Source: Glycera tridactyla (taxonomy: Eukaryota). Taken from it: a DNA stretch of 64,000 nucleotides. Below are positions 15,058-28,292 of this stretch, in pieces. Location of the stretch: NCBI GenBank assembly GCA_965644265.1, contig OZ286461.1, forward strand, positions 63,984,001 through 64,048,000, in the 5' to 3' direction. Every line of letters begins with the position of its first letter. Position 1 is the first letter of the stretch. The notes beneath the pieces were generated by a model, which was not told where the DNA came from, made no database searches, and worked only from the letters and a program-made list of their open reading frames with translations. The position numbers were made by a program, and so were the translations under genes.

Positions 15058-18000
15058 ATATGAGTATCATAGATCCCACAATTTGTCTCAGTTGCACAAA
15101 AGTTTACCCTACTTCTTAGCTCTGACACCAGCGATTGAACATATCATATGAATCTATATGACAAAACCTGGAAGTGTTATGCTCTGTTCATAGCTACTGA
15201 TATAGGGTCCATCGGGTCGGTTGTCTCAGTTGGTAGGCATGTCAATTACCTGTCAGCTACATCTCTCCACAAATTTACAATCATGTCAGGACTCGCATCG
15301 ATTTCATAACCTGAATATATCTTATAGTGGGAGCGGAGGTCTGATAAGCTTTCTTGTCATATCTGCCCTGTATGCAGATTCTGCTCAATGCTGCTTCAAA
15401 GTTAATTTCAGCCAAAAGGTCTATCGGATGCACATGTCACATTGCTACGACGTGGACCAGTTCTCATGGAACAAGTCTGAAAAGATTGCGTTTCAGTTTC
15501 TCTATGTGCACCCTGGTTTCTTCGGTCAATCTAATGCGCTCAGTCACATATTTGAATGATAACTATTCAGAGACTTACCCATGAGGAGTGATATGCTATC
15601 CGTAAGTTTCTTAAATCACGAATCAATGAGAATGCCTGAAATGTAGATAAATTCAAAATCAAGCAAAATACCTGGATCCAATCCACATGAGGTGTAGGAC
15701 CACAAAGTTATCGATAAAGTAGGTGATTTGCTCCCGAAAAGCAGTGGAATGGTAGTTCAGTGAAGAATCCCTGAGATAGGTCACAACATTCAGGTTAGTC
15801 AAGTATTCACAAACCATTGCGTGATAACCATATGCCATCAATGTTACATGAGGATCGAGGTTACTTGTTTTTTCCCGAAAAGTACATAGCATTATGAATA
15901 GCGGGAGAATGGAGTCTGGTGACATATGGTGATGATACAAAAATATGTAAGCTGTATTTTTCCACAAGTACTATATTTTTATATACCACAGGCCCTCTCC
16001 AAAATGGTTCGAGGGCACTGCTGGATAACGTGTATACAATCAACTCTTATCGTTCATTGGAAATAACTATGCACCCATATTGTTTCACAATCTACTTGCA
16101 TCCAGTGAACGGTATGAGAGATAATAGGTGTGCGCCATCCCCTTATCTTTCATTGATAGTGATACGTCTGTGTATCATCCGAAAATTACTATTCGCAATT
16201 AGGCATATGAGTTGCCACACTGTGCTTCCAGGTGACAGCTTCATGAATATTCATTTTGATTCGATTTCCAGGCGTCATATCGCATTAGTCGAGCCTGATG
16301 CGTGACGCTGCTGCGATATAAAATGTATGGAATGCAATGTGTATTGCCACTGAGGTCTGGCACCTGCTTTCAGAGTGTGGATTTTTACCTTCAGTTGTAG
16401 GTCAATTCGGTGATTTTCATACGCTCACGTCATTCCCACATGAAATGAATCGGGATACCCATCGGGATGCCGTGCCACATATGAGCATCCTATTCTTTCT
16501 CAGGAGAGGGGTGTAGGTGATTGATNNNNNNNNNNNNNNNNNNNNNNNNNNNNNNNNNNNNNNNNNNNNNNNNNNNNNNNNNNNNNNNNNNNNNNNNNNN
16601 NNNNNNNNNNNNNNNNNNNNNNNNNNNNNNNNNNNNNNNNNNNNNNNNNNNNNNNNNNNNNNNNNNNNNNNNNNNNNNNNNNNNNNNNNNNNNNNNNNNN
16701 NNNNNNNNNNNNNNNNNNNNNNNNNNNNNNNNNNNNNNNNNNNNNNNNNNNNNNNNNNNNNNNNNNNNNNNNNNNNNNNNNNNNNNNNNNNNNNNNNNNN
16801 NNNNNNNNNNNNNNNNNNNNNNNNNNNNNNNNNNNNNNNNNNNNNNNNNNNNNNNNNNNNNNNNNNNNNNNNNNNNNNNNNNNNNNTTAGTTCGTGATAT
16901 ATGCGTGCGCTGGTTGACACGAGCACTGCTCTGTTCACGACGAAGTCAGATCCTGGCCCGAGATGGATAGGCAGAATGTGGAATGTGAGTAGAACTCATG
17001 GCCAAGGTTCTTGTTGGTCACCCTTGATGGACTATGTCAATAGGATCCACATCATACTTGGTACCACACACACACACATACACAAACACACACACACGCA
17101 CATGCACGAACACAGCAAGTAACGCCGACCTCATCTCACCATGTTCCTATCCTTAGTCGTTAGCAGGGCATCAACCTGTAGAGTGCATCTAGGTGCAATG
17201 GTAAAAAATATGTAAAGTAATTGAATATGATAGAAAAAAACTCATTTCCTGTGTTCGACATTGTCTTACGTTCACTTCTGATGTGTGTGCAGATTGAGGC
17301 ATCTTTTATGAAAATAATGATATATCAGTATGCTGCTTCACCTAACAATACAAACAGCTTATGTATCGCAATGAGAATTCCTCTACCTGAAATATTGTAT
17401 TTGGAAGGTTCATTGATGCCCATAATTCGGATCCGGATTGATATTTGCAAGGTTTCCATGGATGATGTACGGAATAATTTCATTCAGGGTAGAAAAGTGA
17501 ATTCCTACCTGCATCTTGAGAGGATTAGCCATCGGAGAAGTCCACGAGTGCGGTTGACAGCTCGCTGAAGTCTGCCAAGTCCAAATGCGACGGTTACGTT
17601 TTTATTTCGTACTCCTCTCAGAGCTCGAGATCCGATTACAGTAAGACTCACTGACTGACAATTTCGACATTTCCAGTGACAAATAATGTGACAAAAGTAC
17701 GATTCATTTGCATATCTCACACCACAAAACAAGATATGTGCTGCTAAGGTTGACAGGAGCAGTTGTTCATGATATTTGTTCATTTTTGATTGCGTTTGAT
17801 TCTAAGACGAAAGCGGAGTTGGAAATACACGGGAGATACACAGCAGGAGCGGTGGCGATGTTGGTGGCATCCACCTGGTGGAAATTTTCGTTGACAGGAA
17901 GTGACCATCCTAATGTAGGTCTTTCGCAAAAAGACAGAGTAACGCTTCTCGGGAATCAAGTGGCATCATCCTACTGGCTGTATGGGTGATAAGTCATTTT

Positions 18001-18380
18001 GTTCGCTGAACGGAATGCCTTAGTATAGGATTTAGCGGAGCACAAATGCGAGAGCAGTCAGCGGACTGAAAGCCTTGATGCCGGGATATTCACCTCATAA
18101 ACGCAATAAAATGTGATCGAGTCTACAGCTTGAGAGTGGAAAGTGTGTCCTCATGTCGTCGATGCAATTCCCAGGGTCTTTGAGTCCCTTCCAAACACAG
18201 GTCTTGAGATTGAGATTTAATATCCAATCATCACATACCCATGAACTGAGACAATTTATGTAGGATACATATCACGAGCTATAATCTAGGATGATCTGAG
18301 ATGATCGACCTGTATCACTGACTTGTGTGTTTTGCGAACAACTCGAACATATGCTCTGCTCTGAGATCAGGTCACACTTC

Positions 18381-19147
18381 AAGCACAAAATCCTGACAGA
18401 AGTTCAGACAGAAGTCCGATGCCGAACTTGAATGAATCACAGCTGATAGTGACACTCCATGATCTATCAAGCATCCATGACAAAACGGCGCAGGCAGATG
18501 TCACTGTGTTGGACTTGAGCAAGGCATTTGATAGGGTTCCCATTACAAACTGCTGGCCAAGCTTGAGCACTATGGCATGTCAGACAAAATCCTAAGTTGG
18601 ATCAGATCGTTCAAGACTGAAAGAGACCAATGTGTTGTAGTAGAAGCTGTGAATCGGATGCAATCGACGTTATAGTAGGTGTCTTCAAGGAAATATCCTA
18701 TGGCCACTCTCATTTCTGGTGCATATGAACTTACTTAGCACGTCAAATCCATAGAAAGACACTGCGCCGATGATTGTTCACTGTACAACCCGATTCGATC
18801 CCAGGCAGACCAATTAGCACTACAAGCGTACCTTCATGGACTGGGAAATTGGTTTAGACACTGAGGTATTTCATTTAATGGAACAAAGTGTGAGATTCAA
18901 CGTATCGCTCGAGGAGAAAACCTCTCCGCCTGCTCATATCGCTTCTTCAATCATACCTGAGCAGAAATTGACAAATGTTGGTATCTGGGAATGGACATAT
19001 CGAATGACTTGTTCCGGTCAAAAATATCGGTTGCACCCCACAGAAGGTGACCAACACACCTTCCTTTATCAGAAGGAACCTGACGACCTACCCTGGTAAA
19101 CTGAAAGAAAAACCTTAGCTTTACTAGTACGATCAGTGCTAGGATAG
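18381..19147 (+). mobile_element. Decayed CR1-type LINE RT fragment in the intron upstream of the first visible GPCR exon
   Basis: Frameshifted ESQL..TLHDL, LDLSKAFDRVP, KLLAKLEHYG, WIRSF...RDQCVVV, ADDCSLY, FNGTKC, YLGMDISNDL, FIRRNL, LVRSVL. Confidence 0.85.
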
Positions 19148-19540
19148 TTTGGTGATTCCTACTGGGTTCCGATGATGTAATGGGTATCGCATTCTTTCTG
19201 TTGTGAAATAGCGTCATGGGCCATTCATTGCTAACTCTACTAGGCTGGTTGGCACATCATGCTGGGTTCCAGTGATTCATATTTTGTTGTTGTAGAGGCC
19301 ATTCATGATTAAATCTACTACATCCTGCGGAATTTTGGCACATTTATTGTCAACTCTACTATGCTGTTTGGTGAATCATGCTCGGCTCCGATATTGTAAT
19401 GTGTATTGTATTTTCTTTCTATGATAGAATGGCATTTTGGCACATTTATTGTTAACTTTACTATGCTGTTTGGTGAATCATATTGTGATGTGTATCGTAT
19501 TTTCTTTCTGTTGTAGAATGGCATTTTGGGCCTTTCCTTT
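19135..19540. repeat. About 90-110-bp diverged tandem repeat whose unit includes the GPCR intron/exon boundary
   Basis: GTTTGGTGA(A/T)TC...TGT(A/G)ATG(T/G)GTAT...TTCTTTCT(G/A)T(T/G)...AAT(G/A)GC recurs; the last unit is the real acceptor plus the first exon codons. Confidence 0.8.
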
Positions 19541-19616
19541 GCAAGGCAATCCCCTACCTACAGGCAGTTGTCGTCAGTGCCTCTGTTAACACCCTCGCCG
19601 CCATTGCCCTTGAACG
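19517..19616 (+). CDS. GPCR exon: ECL1-TM3 (xWHFGPFLCKAIPYLQAVVVSASVNTLAAIALE-R)
   Basis: Acceptor tttctgttgtag|aa; donor cg|gtgagt. Starts in phase 1 and ends in phase 2 inside the Arg of ERY. Confidence 0.9.
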
Positions 19617-22600
19617 GTGAGTGCCATGGTATTACCATATTTCATGTAATGATTTCATGATCTCATGATTGTATTGTCCTGCCTCAATTCAACCCCTATT
19701 CCCTACCCCTCTCACGCTTCGTGTCTTTCTCCCCTTCCCCTCTTCTTCCCCGCTCCTCCTCTCGCCTCCCCGTTTACTCGCTTGCATGTTCTCTCTCCTT
19801 CATCTTTCCCCATCTCATTCTCGCTCTTTCCCCCTGCGCTCCTCTCTCTCTCTCCTCTCTCTCTCTCCCTCTCTCTCTCTTTCTCCCTCTCTCTCTCTAT
19901 CTCTCTATCTCCCTCTCTCTCTTTCGCTCTCCTCTTATCAGGCCAATGGAACGTTACAGCCGTCATAGCAAACCCGCCGAAATCAACATCTCTAGAGATA
20001 TGAACCATTCTTTGATTCCAACAAAATAGACTTGCACTAGACGAACAGGCAATCGTTTCAGGTAAACTTATATTCGATGGCATATCCTTTTCCCTACCTA
20101 GAGATGCTGCGGCATCCCTTGAACAACCACGAACACCACTCATAGATCGCATGTGAGAAATTCTTGATCAATGCTCAACTTTCTCATGTGGCGAGGAACA
20201 GCTTATTCACGACCATCACCAGTGCAAACATTTACAGTTGAATCTATTCGGAAGACCACTTCTGTATTGGGGCCAACCACCTACAAATGTCATCAATGAG
20301 CAGGTCTTTACAAGTCGTAGGGCTACAGAATCACTTCTGTCTAGTTTTGATACCATTGACTCGTACATTTGTGATGAATTGCATGGGGAAATAAGGAAAA
20401 ACTATTTGTGGATGTGTACAATCCTTATACATGTATTTAATGCCGCAATCCGCAAACATTCGCTTGTGATACCCCATATAGGACTGGGAAATGCGTCCAT
20501 TTTCAATTACATGTGGGATGAAAACAAAACTCCTTGAAGTTGCCATAGGATCGCACTTTTGCTTCGGCGTCGTGCGATGTGTTCTGCAACACTGACTCGT
20601 GCAAACTAGGAAATCAATCCAAATAACATGTGTATCTGTTGAAATACTCAACTCCTCCACTACCCACCATAATTTCCTAGGAGAACGTCCCACATCAGAG
20701 GGAAGGCATTAGTAATAGCGCGGATATATTGTAAGCGCCGGTTGTCAGTGAACATGCTGGATGCTATTCAATCTCAACAGTATCTTCTCGTTTCACCCGG
20801 CTAATAGACATTGAGTGTTGAGTGTGGATGAGGCGCAATCTCTCAGGATTAGCATTTGCCCGAATCATAGATGGCTCCACCTTGCTTATTACACCCATGA
20901 GCCCTAGTTCAATAACCACAACGTTCTTATAGTCTCATCCGACATTTATGGTGGGAGATATTTTGCGATAATTCAAAGGAGGACTTTACCTATAAGGCAC
21001 AATGAAAAAGATATGCCCACGAACGACGGTTTGAAGCAATATTGGAACAAAGGGAGCATATATCACCAATGAGCCTCTGTATCAAGAATTATGTTAGGGG
21101 CAATGAATTTCAACTAAGTTTGTCTTATATCGACAGCCAACGGCGTAATCATAGCTTTGATCATGAGTATATGTATATTTTGGAAAATGCATTCCATATT
21201 CTGATTGAAGATAATGGGATGGATACTCCCAAGTTCGGTGAGATGANNNNNNNNNNNNNNNNNNNNNNNNNNNNNNNNNNNNNNNNNNNNNNNNNNNNNN
21301 NNNNNNNNNNNNNNNNNNNNNNNNNNNNNNNNNNNNNNNNNNNNNNNNNNNNNNNNNNNNNNNNNNNNNNNNNNNNNNNNNNNNNNNNNNNNNNNNNNNN
21401 NNNNNNNNNNNNNNNNNNNNNNNNNNNNNNNNNNNNNNNNNNNNNNNNNNNNNNNNNNNNNNGTCCAGACTCAGTGAAGGTGAGACTCGGAATGACCGGT
21501 TTGTNNNNNNNNNNNNNNNNNNNNNNNNNNNNNNNNNNNNNNNNNNNNNNNNNNNNNNNNNNNNNNNNNNNNNNNNNNNNNNNNNNNNNNNNNNNNNNNN
21601 NNNNNNNNNNNNNNNNNNNNNNNNNNNNNNNNNNNNNNNNNNNNNNNNNNNNNNNNNNNNNNNNNNNNNNNNNNNNNNNNNNNNNNNNNNNNNNNNNNNN
21701 NNNNNNATTCTCCCGGGCAGACTAACAAAAATATGATGATGATGTTATAAACAGACACTATCCACTGAGGGGTGAGTTATAATATGTTATTCAAGAGCCG
21801 ATCGATCCCAATGGAGATCTTGTCAAACACGGATCGATAAGAAATCAGACTTGGGCTCTCTCCGGTCACAGGCGTTTTCCCTACTTGCTGTCCCCTGGGT
21901 GGTATCAGTTTGTATGTAATTTAATGCTCGGAATACAGTAGGCAGCATTCGTACCCTACAATACTGCGTCGGGAGGCTCGATTATTTTGAGAGATTTGAT
22001 CATTTTGGGGGCAGGGTAGAGCATTATTTCAAATTTGACTCTGGAGATGTTTTCTCGGTAAACTATGCCATAACGGACGCATCAACTACTCTTTTATGAT
22101 TCTTGTATTTTTTGTTGTCATGTTGATCAGCATAACTGCTCTACTGATCTAGCTCAGGAGTAATATTTTCTGTCGTCATCGGCCTGTATTCCATCCATAT
22201 TTTCTCCTCGACTCAAACAAATCCTTCTCACTGATTTCCTGTCTTTTTGTTCGTTTGTTTGACTATCGGTCTCTCTGAGCAGCTCTTTTGAGTGGATGAT
22301 TCCGTGGTGAAGCAGTTAAGAACGCTGGTAAACATGATATAGGAAATTGGGCTTGATGATGTTTGATTAGAGAAATTGATGAGTAAAAAAGGGAGAAGTG
22401 ATTGGATAGATTTTGAAGAATAATAATCAATTTTGGAGAGAGAAAAGATGACTGGAGAGCAAGGAATCGCCGTCATTGATAGCCAATCTACAATAAGGTC
22501 GTGTCTCAATATCTCATGGATGATTCCAATTATGCCTCCCATTTGCTGTGCACATACTGCGGCTTGCTGCTGGAGGAGTTCGTTTTAGATGAAACAAAAA

Positions 22601-25600
22601 GAGAAATGAGGCCTAATTAAGCTCCCCCTGATGGGACATGGTGGTCATTGGTGATGGTGTCGTGGGTGGCACGGATTCATGCATGATGTAATCCTTGACC
22701 CATTTCTGCCAGCGTGTTACATCGGCCGCCTACCGAGACAAGCTCATCCAGTGTAGAAGAATGAGTTCTCATCAACCTACTTGAAATCTAAGTGCTCCAT
22801 ATCGGGCGCCTCTATTCACAGCGTATCCAAACACTATTAGTTAGGATGGCATCAGCATTCAGATGTTTCAAAAATAATCTCTTCCCTAACCCCCTCCCCA
22901 TCCTTCCCTCTTTCTCCACCTCCTTCTGTATCTTTCTCTTTTCCAGTCTTTCGCTCTGCCCTTCACGCCCTTCTCCGATCTCTCTCATGACCACAATCCC
23001 ATCAATTGATCTCTTCTTTGAGTATATTGTCAGGATAAACGTTTAGAAAATGTCGTTACAATAAGGAGGCATTCAATTTCTGGTTCGTTGATGAGAATTG
23101 GGCATTACTCATCCGATCAATGTTTGAATCAATCAATCTGTGAAACCTGTAGTCTGTCTGTTCGACTCACATTGGTCTGTCTGTCTGTCTGTCTTTCGCA
23201 TTATTGTCCGGTTTTTCATTGATCAACTTCCCAGGTTGTGCAATCGATTTCACACATTTCACTTAATATGAATATTGCAAAGATAAAATCAGGAAGAAAC
23301 CAACAGTTCAAGACAGACAATGCTCCACTAGCAGCAATACGACGAAAGACAGATTCAGCGATTCTGATATGGGAGAAGTCACGTATTCTTCAGGGAGGTG
23401 GGTTCTAGTTAGGAAGATCACCATTCTTACTGAGCGTATGGTGTGCAAGAGCACTCCAAGGTGTACCAGACGATCACCTTCGATACCTACTCTTACGTAG
23501 GATGATAATATCTAGCTCTAATTTGTAATCCAACAAAAACACTGTGTGGCTTCCATGTATACGTTCTGTTTCCTGTGAATGAGGTGAGACCTGCTTCTCA
23601 TGGCGTTCCTTTGAGATGAAGATGGATAAGAAATCAGGCTTCAGCTCTCTTCAATAACGGACATGGCCCTCGCTTGCAGTCTCTTGGGTGTTATTAGCTC
23701 ATGCATAATTTAATCCATGAGATATTCTTGTCGGCCAACCTCAATAACCACGTGGAGAATTCTGCTCCATATGTCTGGGCGAATATACATCATGACCTAA
23801 CTTAGATGGTAATATTCGGCATTGGTCGATTTCATTTGAAAGGGTTTCGTCCACTTCAATTGGAAATGCAACTAATTTTACATTTCACACTTTCATTCTC
23901 CATCCCTTTTTCTCTGTCTCTCTCTGTCTCTCTTTCTGTATTACTCTCTCTCTCTTTCGTACTCTTTTTTTTGCCATTATCATCTATTTGTCTATTGGTC
24001 AGTCAGTCAGATAGTTGGCCAGTCGGCCGGTCGATTGGTTGTTCGGTCGGTCAGTCAGTCAGTCGGTTAGTTGGTCATTCAATCAATTACTCATGTCATT
24101 AAAACAATTTCGGCTGAAATATCGACAGGTGCTGAAACATGCTGGAGATTTCTTTATTTCAACATGATCAAAGGAAGTGATCTCAAGATAGATGTATGTG
24201 TGTACGAACGTGACTGGGCACCAAGATGAGTCGGTTCTATTATCTGTATCCAAGGTTATTGTTGTCATAGCAGCCTACTAAGTAAGAAATTCTCTCTGGA
24301 ATCATGAGTCTAGCTGATAGATATAAATGTTGCATGCAATTATATTCAGATATCTGGCCTCCAATAGATCCTATGGGGGCTACTTGAATTTCCTTGTAGT
24401 TTTCACAATTTTTTCTGACAAATGCACACTGATATTGAAAAAAAAACCTACTTCCATCTTTATTCGATCGTATTATGGAAATATATTCAGAAATCCCTGT
24501 AGCCCCAAGCATGCACTGATAGAGATCTCCAAGATGAACGAAACAATGTGCCCCTTTTTTACATATGACACCCTAGAATTCATCCCGGATTTCAAAAATG
24601 TGTGATTTCTGGTTAAAATTCTTGGCTACCATGGTTGCCATGGCAATCAAACTCCAAAGTGATTTGGTGAACTCTGCGCAAATCAAAGCTGTTCATTTCA
24701 GGTCATATGATGATCAGCATTTTGTTATGTGAAAGAAGGATATTCAGGCCCGAAATATCAAATAAACATCAATTGTCGAGATTAGGTTCGAGTATATCAT
24801 GGGTATCGATCATTGTGATCAACATGAAAATATCAACATGACCCATTCAAGCTTGAATACCTTCCTCTGATTCAGCCCACCATGCAATCAGTACATCCAG
24901 CAACATATCCATCCAGTAATCGGTCCAATTATCTATCCACCCACTCAATCATCATATCATATATCCATGCAGGCTTCCCTTCTTCGATAAACCAGTCACT
25001 GATCTATCCATCGACTTTTCCCCGAATCATCACAGATTGACTGGTCACATACAATCCTAATTCAACTGGTCCCATATCAACCTATCTTAGTTTGTTGGAA
25101 AGCTTGCTACATTAACTGACGATAAATTTCCACGCACTGTGGACTGAACGAGATTGGGGAGCTTTTGGTGACGTTTCCACATCATCTCATTACGATGATT
25201 GAGGGCAGGTGAAGATGACCATTACATTCGTACCAGGATAGGATGATCGCAGTTTTTTGAATAGAATGTCAGCCACGAATCTGCCCTGAACTTCAGGGAT
25301 GAGAAATATTGCATGGAATAGAAAGTAGTAATGGCTATTCTGCAGAATGATTGACACCGAAATATCGTCTATATGAACTGATTATGTCTGCACGGCTTGT
25401 TTTTCGATGTTTTGCAGGACGAGCGTGGACAATTATCAGTCTTCGATATTCCTGCATAGCGATAAAGTTACACGATCTTATCGGATTACCTACAAATCAT
25501 AATCTCCCGATGTTTTGCTTCTGGTTGTTGCAGGTATTTTGCCATTTTCTGGCCTCATCGAGTGATCATACGGCCCAACTATGCTGCGGGTATCATCAGT

Positions 25601-28249
25601 ATACTCTGGATCATACCATGCTGTATACAGGTCCCCTGGGCCTATTACTACAGTCAGGTCAGTACGATATACTTGACAGCTTTCCCTCCCAATTGCGCCC
25701 ACTCTGAAAAGAAATGTGAGTAAGTCCAAATTCGAAAAAAAATTCGAAGTTGCTTTTCCGTTGAGGATGATAATGTAATCAACAAAGGGGAATCTCTGAG
25801 GTCTTATCTGTGGTGATATGTACTGCTATCCATTGTGGTTTTCACTGAATCCTNNNNNNNNNNNNNNNNNNNNNNNNNNNNNNNNNNNNNNNNNNNNNNN
25901 NNNNNNNNNNNNNNNNNNNNNNNNNNNNNNNNNNNNNNNNNNNNNNNNNNNNNNNNNNNNNNNNNNNNNNNNNNNNNNNNNNAACAACAACATCATCCAC
26001 AAGCACTATCCACCAACACCATCCAGCACCAGATCACCAACCTCACTTTTACCATCAGCATCACCATCACCATTATCATAGAAATTTAATGTGAACCTAA
26101 TGACGATGCAATTCGCGAATACTTTACGAGCCAACTCCATTTTTGCCATTCTACTGCCTGATTTGACAGTTGATGTATAGGGAAAACTGTAGCTTGCAGC
26201 TATGGATGTGTCCCCATCTCAGGCTAGACACATCAGGTGCGAGTAATCGGCTAAATGTGATGGGGTAGTGGTATAATATCAATGTGACCGAGTTTTACTG
26301 ACTGATGTGAGATAATCCCCTACCACATCCGTGCATGCCATCAACCTAATCCATGGGATACATTCGATGTAACCATATAGATAAAAGCAAGAAACCTGAC
26401 ATACGACTAATGACCCTGAGCCGGGGACTAGTCACAGATAGACTCTGTCCATACCGAGGCCAATAAAAGGGAGATGAGTATTGCATTCATTTCATTCAAT
26501 AAATTCTCATGAATCCTTATGAAGGCCAAGATATGGGGTCAAAATGGTCAATTACCATCTCTGCACTCTAACAATTATTTGTACTTGGCGATAGTTGGCC
26601 ATGTGGGAACTATCGAGTTGACCTATATATCTATTCCATGGTCGTTTCGTTTATAACATCAATCCTTTGGTAGCACTTTTGTAGATCGGATTAGCGATAA
26701 TATTCATATCAGTGACACCGTTTATTCGATTGATGGTTCGTGCTTAAGAACTCGTGTCTGNNNNNNNNNNNNNNNNNNNNNNNNNNNNNNNNNNNNNNNN
26801 NNNNNNNNNNNNNNNNNNNNNNNNNNNNNNNNNNNNNNNNNNNNNNNNNNNNNNNNNNNNNNNNNNNNNNNNNNNNNNNNNNNNNNNNNNNNNNNNNNNN
26901 NNNNNNNNNNNNNNNNNNNNNNNNNNNNNNNNNNNNNNNNNNNNNNNNNNNNNNNNNNNNNNNNNNNNNNNNNNNNNNNNNNNNNNNNNNNNNNNNNNNN
27001 NNNNNNNNNNNNNNNNNNNNNNNNNNNNNNNNNNNNNNNNNNNNNNNNNNNNNNNNNNNNNNNNNNNNNNNNNNNNNNNNNNNNNNNNNNNNNNNNNNNN
27101 NNNNNNNNNNNNNNNNNNNNNNNNNNNNNNNNNNNNNNNNNNNNNNNNNNNNNNNNNNNNNNNNNNNNNNNNNNNNNNNNNNNNNNNNNNNNNNNNNNNN
27201 NNNNNNNNNNNNNNNNNNNNNNNNNNNNNNNNNNNNNNNNNNNNNNNNNNNNNNNNNNNNNNNNNNNNNNNNNNNNNNNNNNNNNNNNNNNNNNNNNNNN
27301 NNNNNNNNNNNNNNNNNNNNNNNNNNNNNNNNNNNNNNNNNNNNNNNNNNNNNNNNNNNNNNNNNNNNNNNNNNNNNNNNNNNNNNNNNNNNNNNNNNNN
27401 NNNNNNNNNGGACATCTGGTGAAATTCACACCTTGTTTGGTATTGCTTTTTTACTTCACGGTCATTTAGTCTTGCTTTTATCACATGGATGATGGGATAA
27501 ATCATCAAAAAGTAGTTCTCTATCCATCCAAACCCTCAAACCCAGCAAGCATGTTATTTTGAAGAATTATTCTTTCTTCCAGGTGGATTGATGTTTTCCC
27601 TTTCGTTGCAGGTACCCTATCCAACGAAGAAATACGTCTTGCCACTAACGATATGCTACCCACAGTTTCCTGACCCGGAGTTCGAGAGAGGATTCTTCTT
27701 AGGAGCTGTTTTCCTCACTTGCTATCTCGTGCCACTTTCTTTCATATGTATTTTCTACTGCATGATAGGAGCAAAGGTGAGCAGAAATTTGAAGTGTTGA
27801 ACTGGGGTCCTCTTTCGCTCAAGAGTCTGCATGCACATTATTCAGCCGTCCTAGTCATTGTTGATGAGTTTAGCTCGATGGTTTGCCTCAAGACATCGAC
27901 AGATATACTGTTCCTCTAAATAATGATAATGATAGTAATAATCATAACTATGATAATGATAATACTAGTGATGATAATATTAATTATGATGATAACAATA
28001 TCAATGATGAGACAATACCAGTAGTAGCAGTGGTAGTATCTTCTGTTTGCTTGAGGTTCAACAACAGAGAATTATGTATGCCATGTATTTCTCGTTAATC
28101 AAAGCTAGATGATTTCTCGCCACAGACAGTGATAGTTGTAGTAGTAGTAGTAGTAGTAGTGGTAGTAGTAGTAGTAGGTAGTAGTAGTAGTAAGTAGTAA
28201 GTAATGAGTAACCTTATGTGACAGAGGATATAACAAAACAGAGAAATAA

Positions 28250-28292
<43 letters not shown>

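Noticed and set aside
16015-16038. ALLDNVYT, resembling the end of SIFaR TM2
   Set aside because: Upstream sequence is not a TM2 helix, and there is no phase-1 GT donor after it.
21463-21504. 42-bp island between two gaps sharing GTCCAGACTCAGTGA with 7067-7081
   Set aside because: Only 15 bp of identity next to gaps; probably a collapsed repeat or scaffolding artefact.
23438-23458. MVCKSTP, resembling the GPCR TM3 start
   Set aside because: The true TM3 exon is at 19517. There are no splice sites here and the frame continues as non-GPCR sequence.
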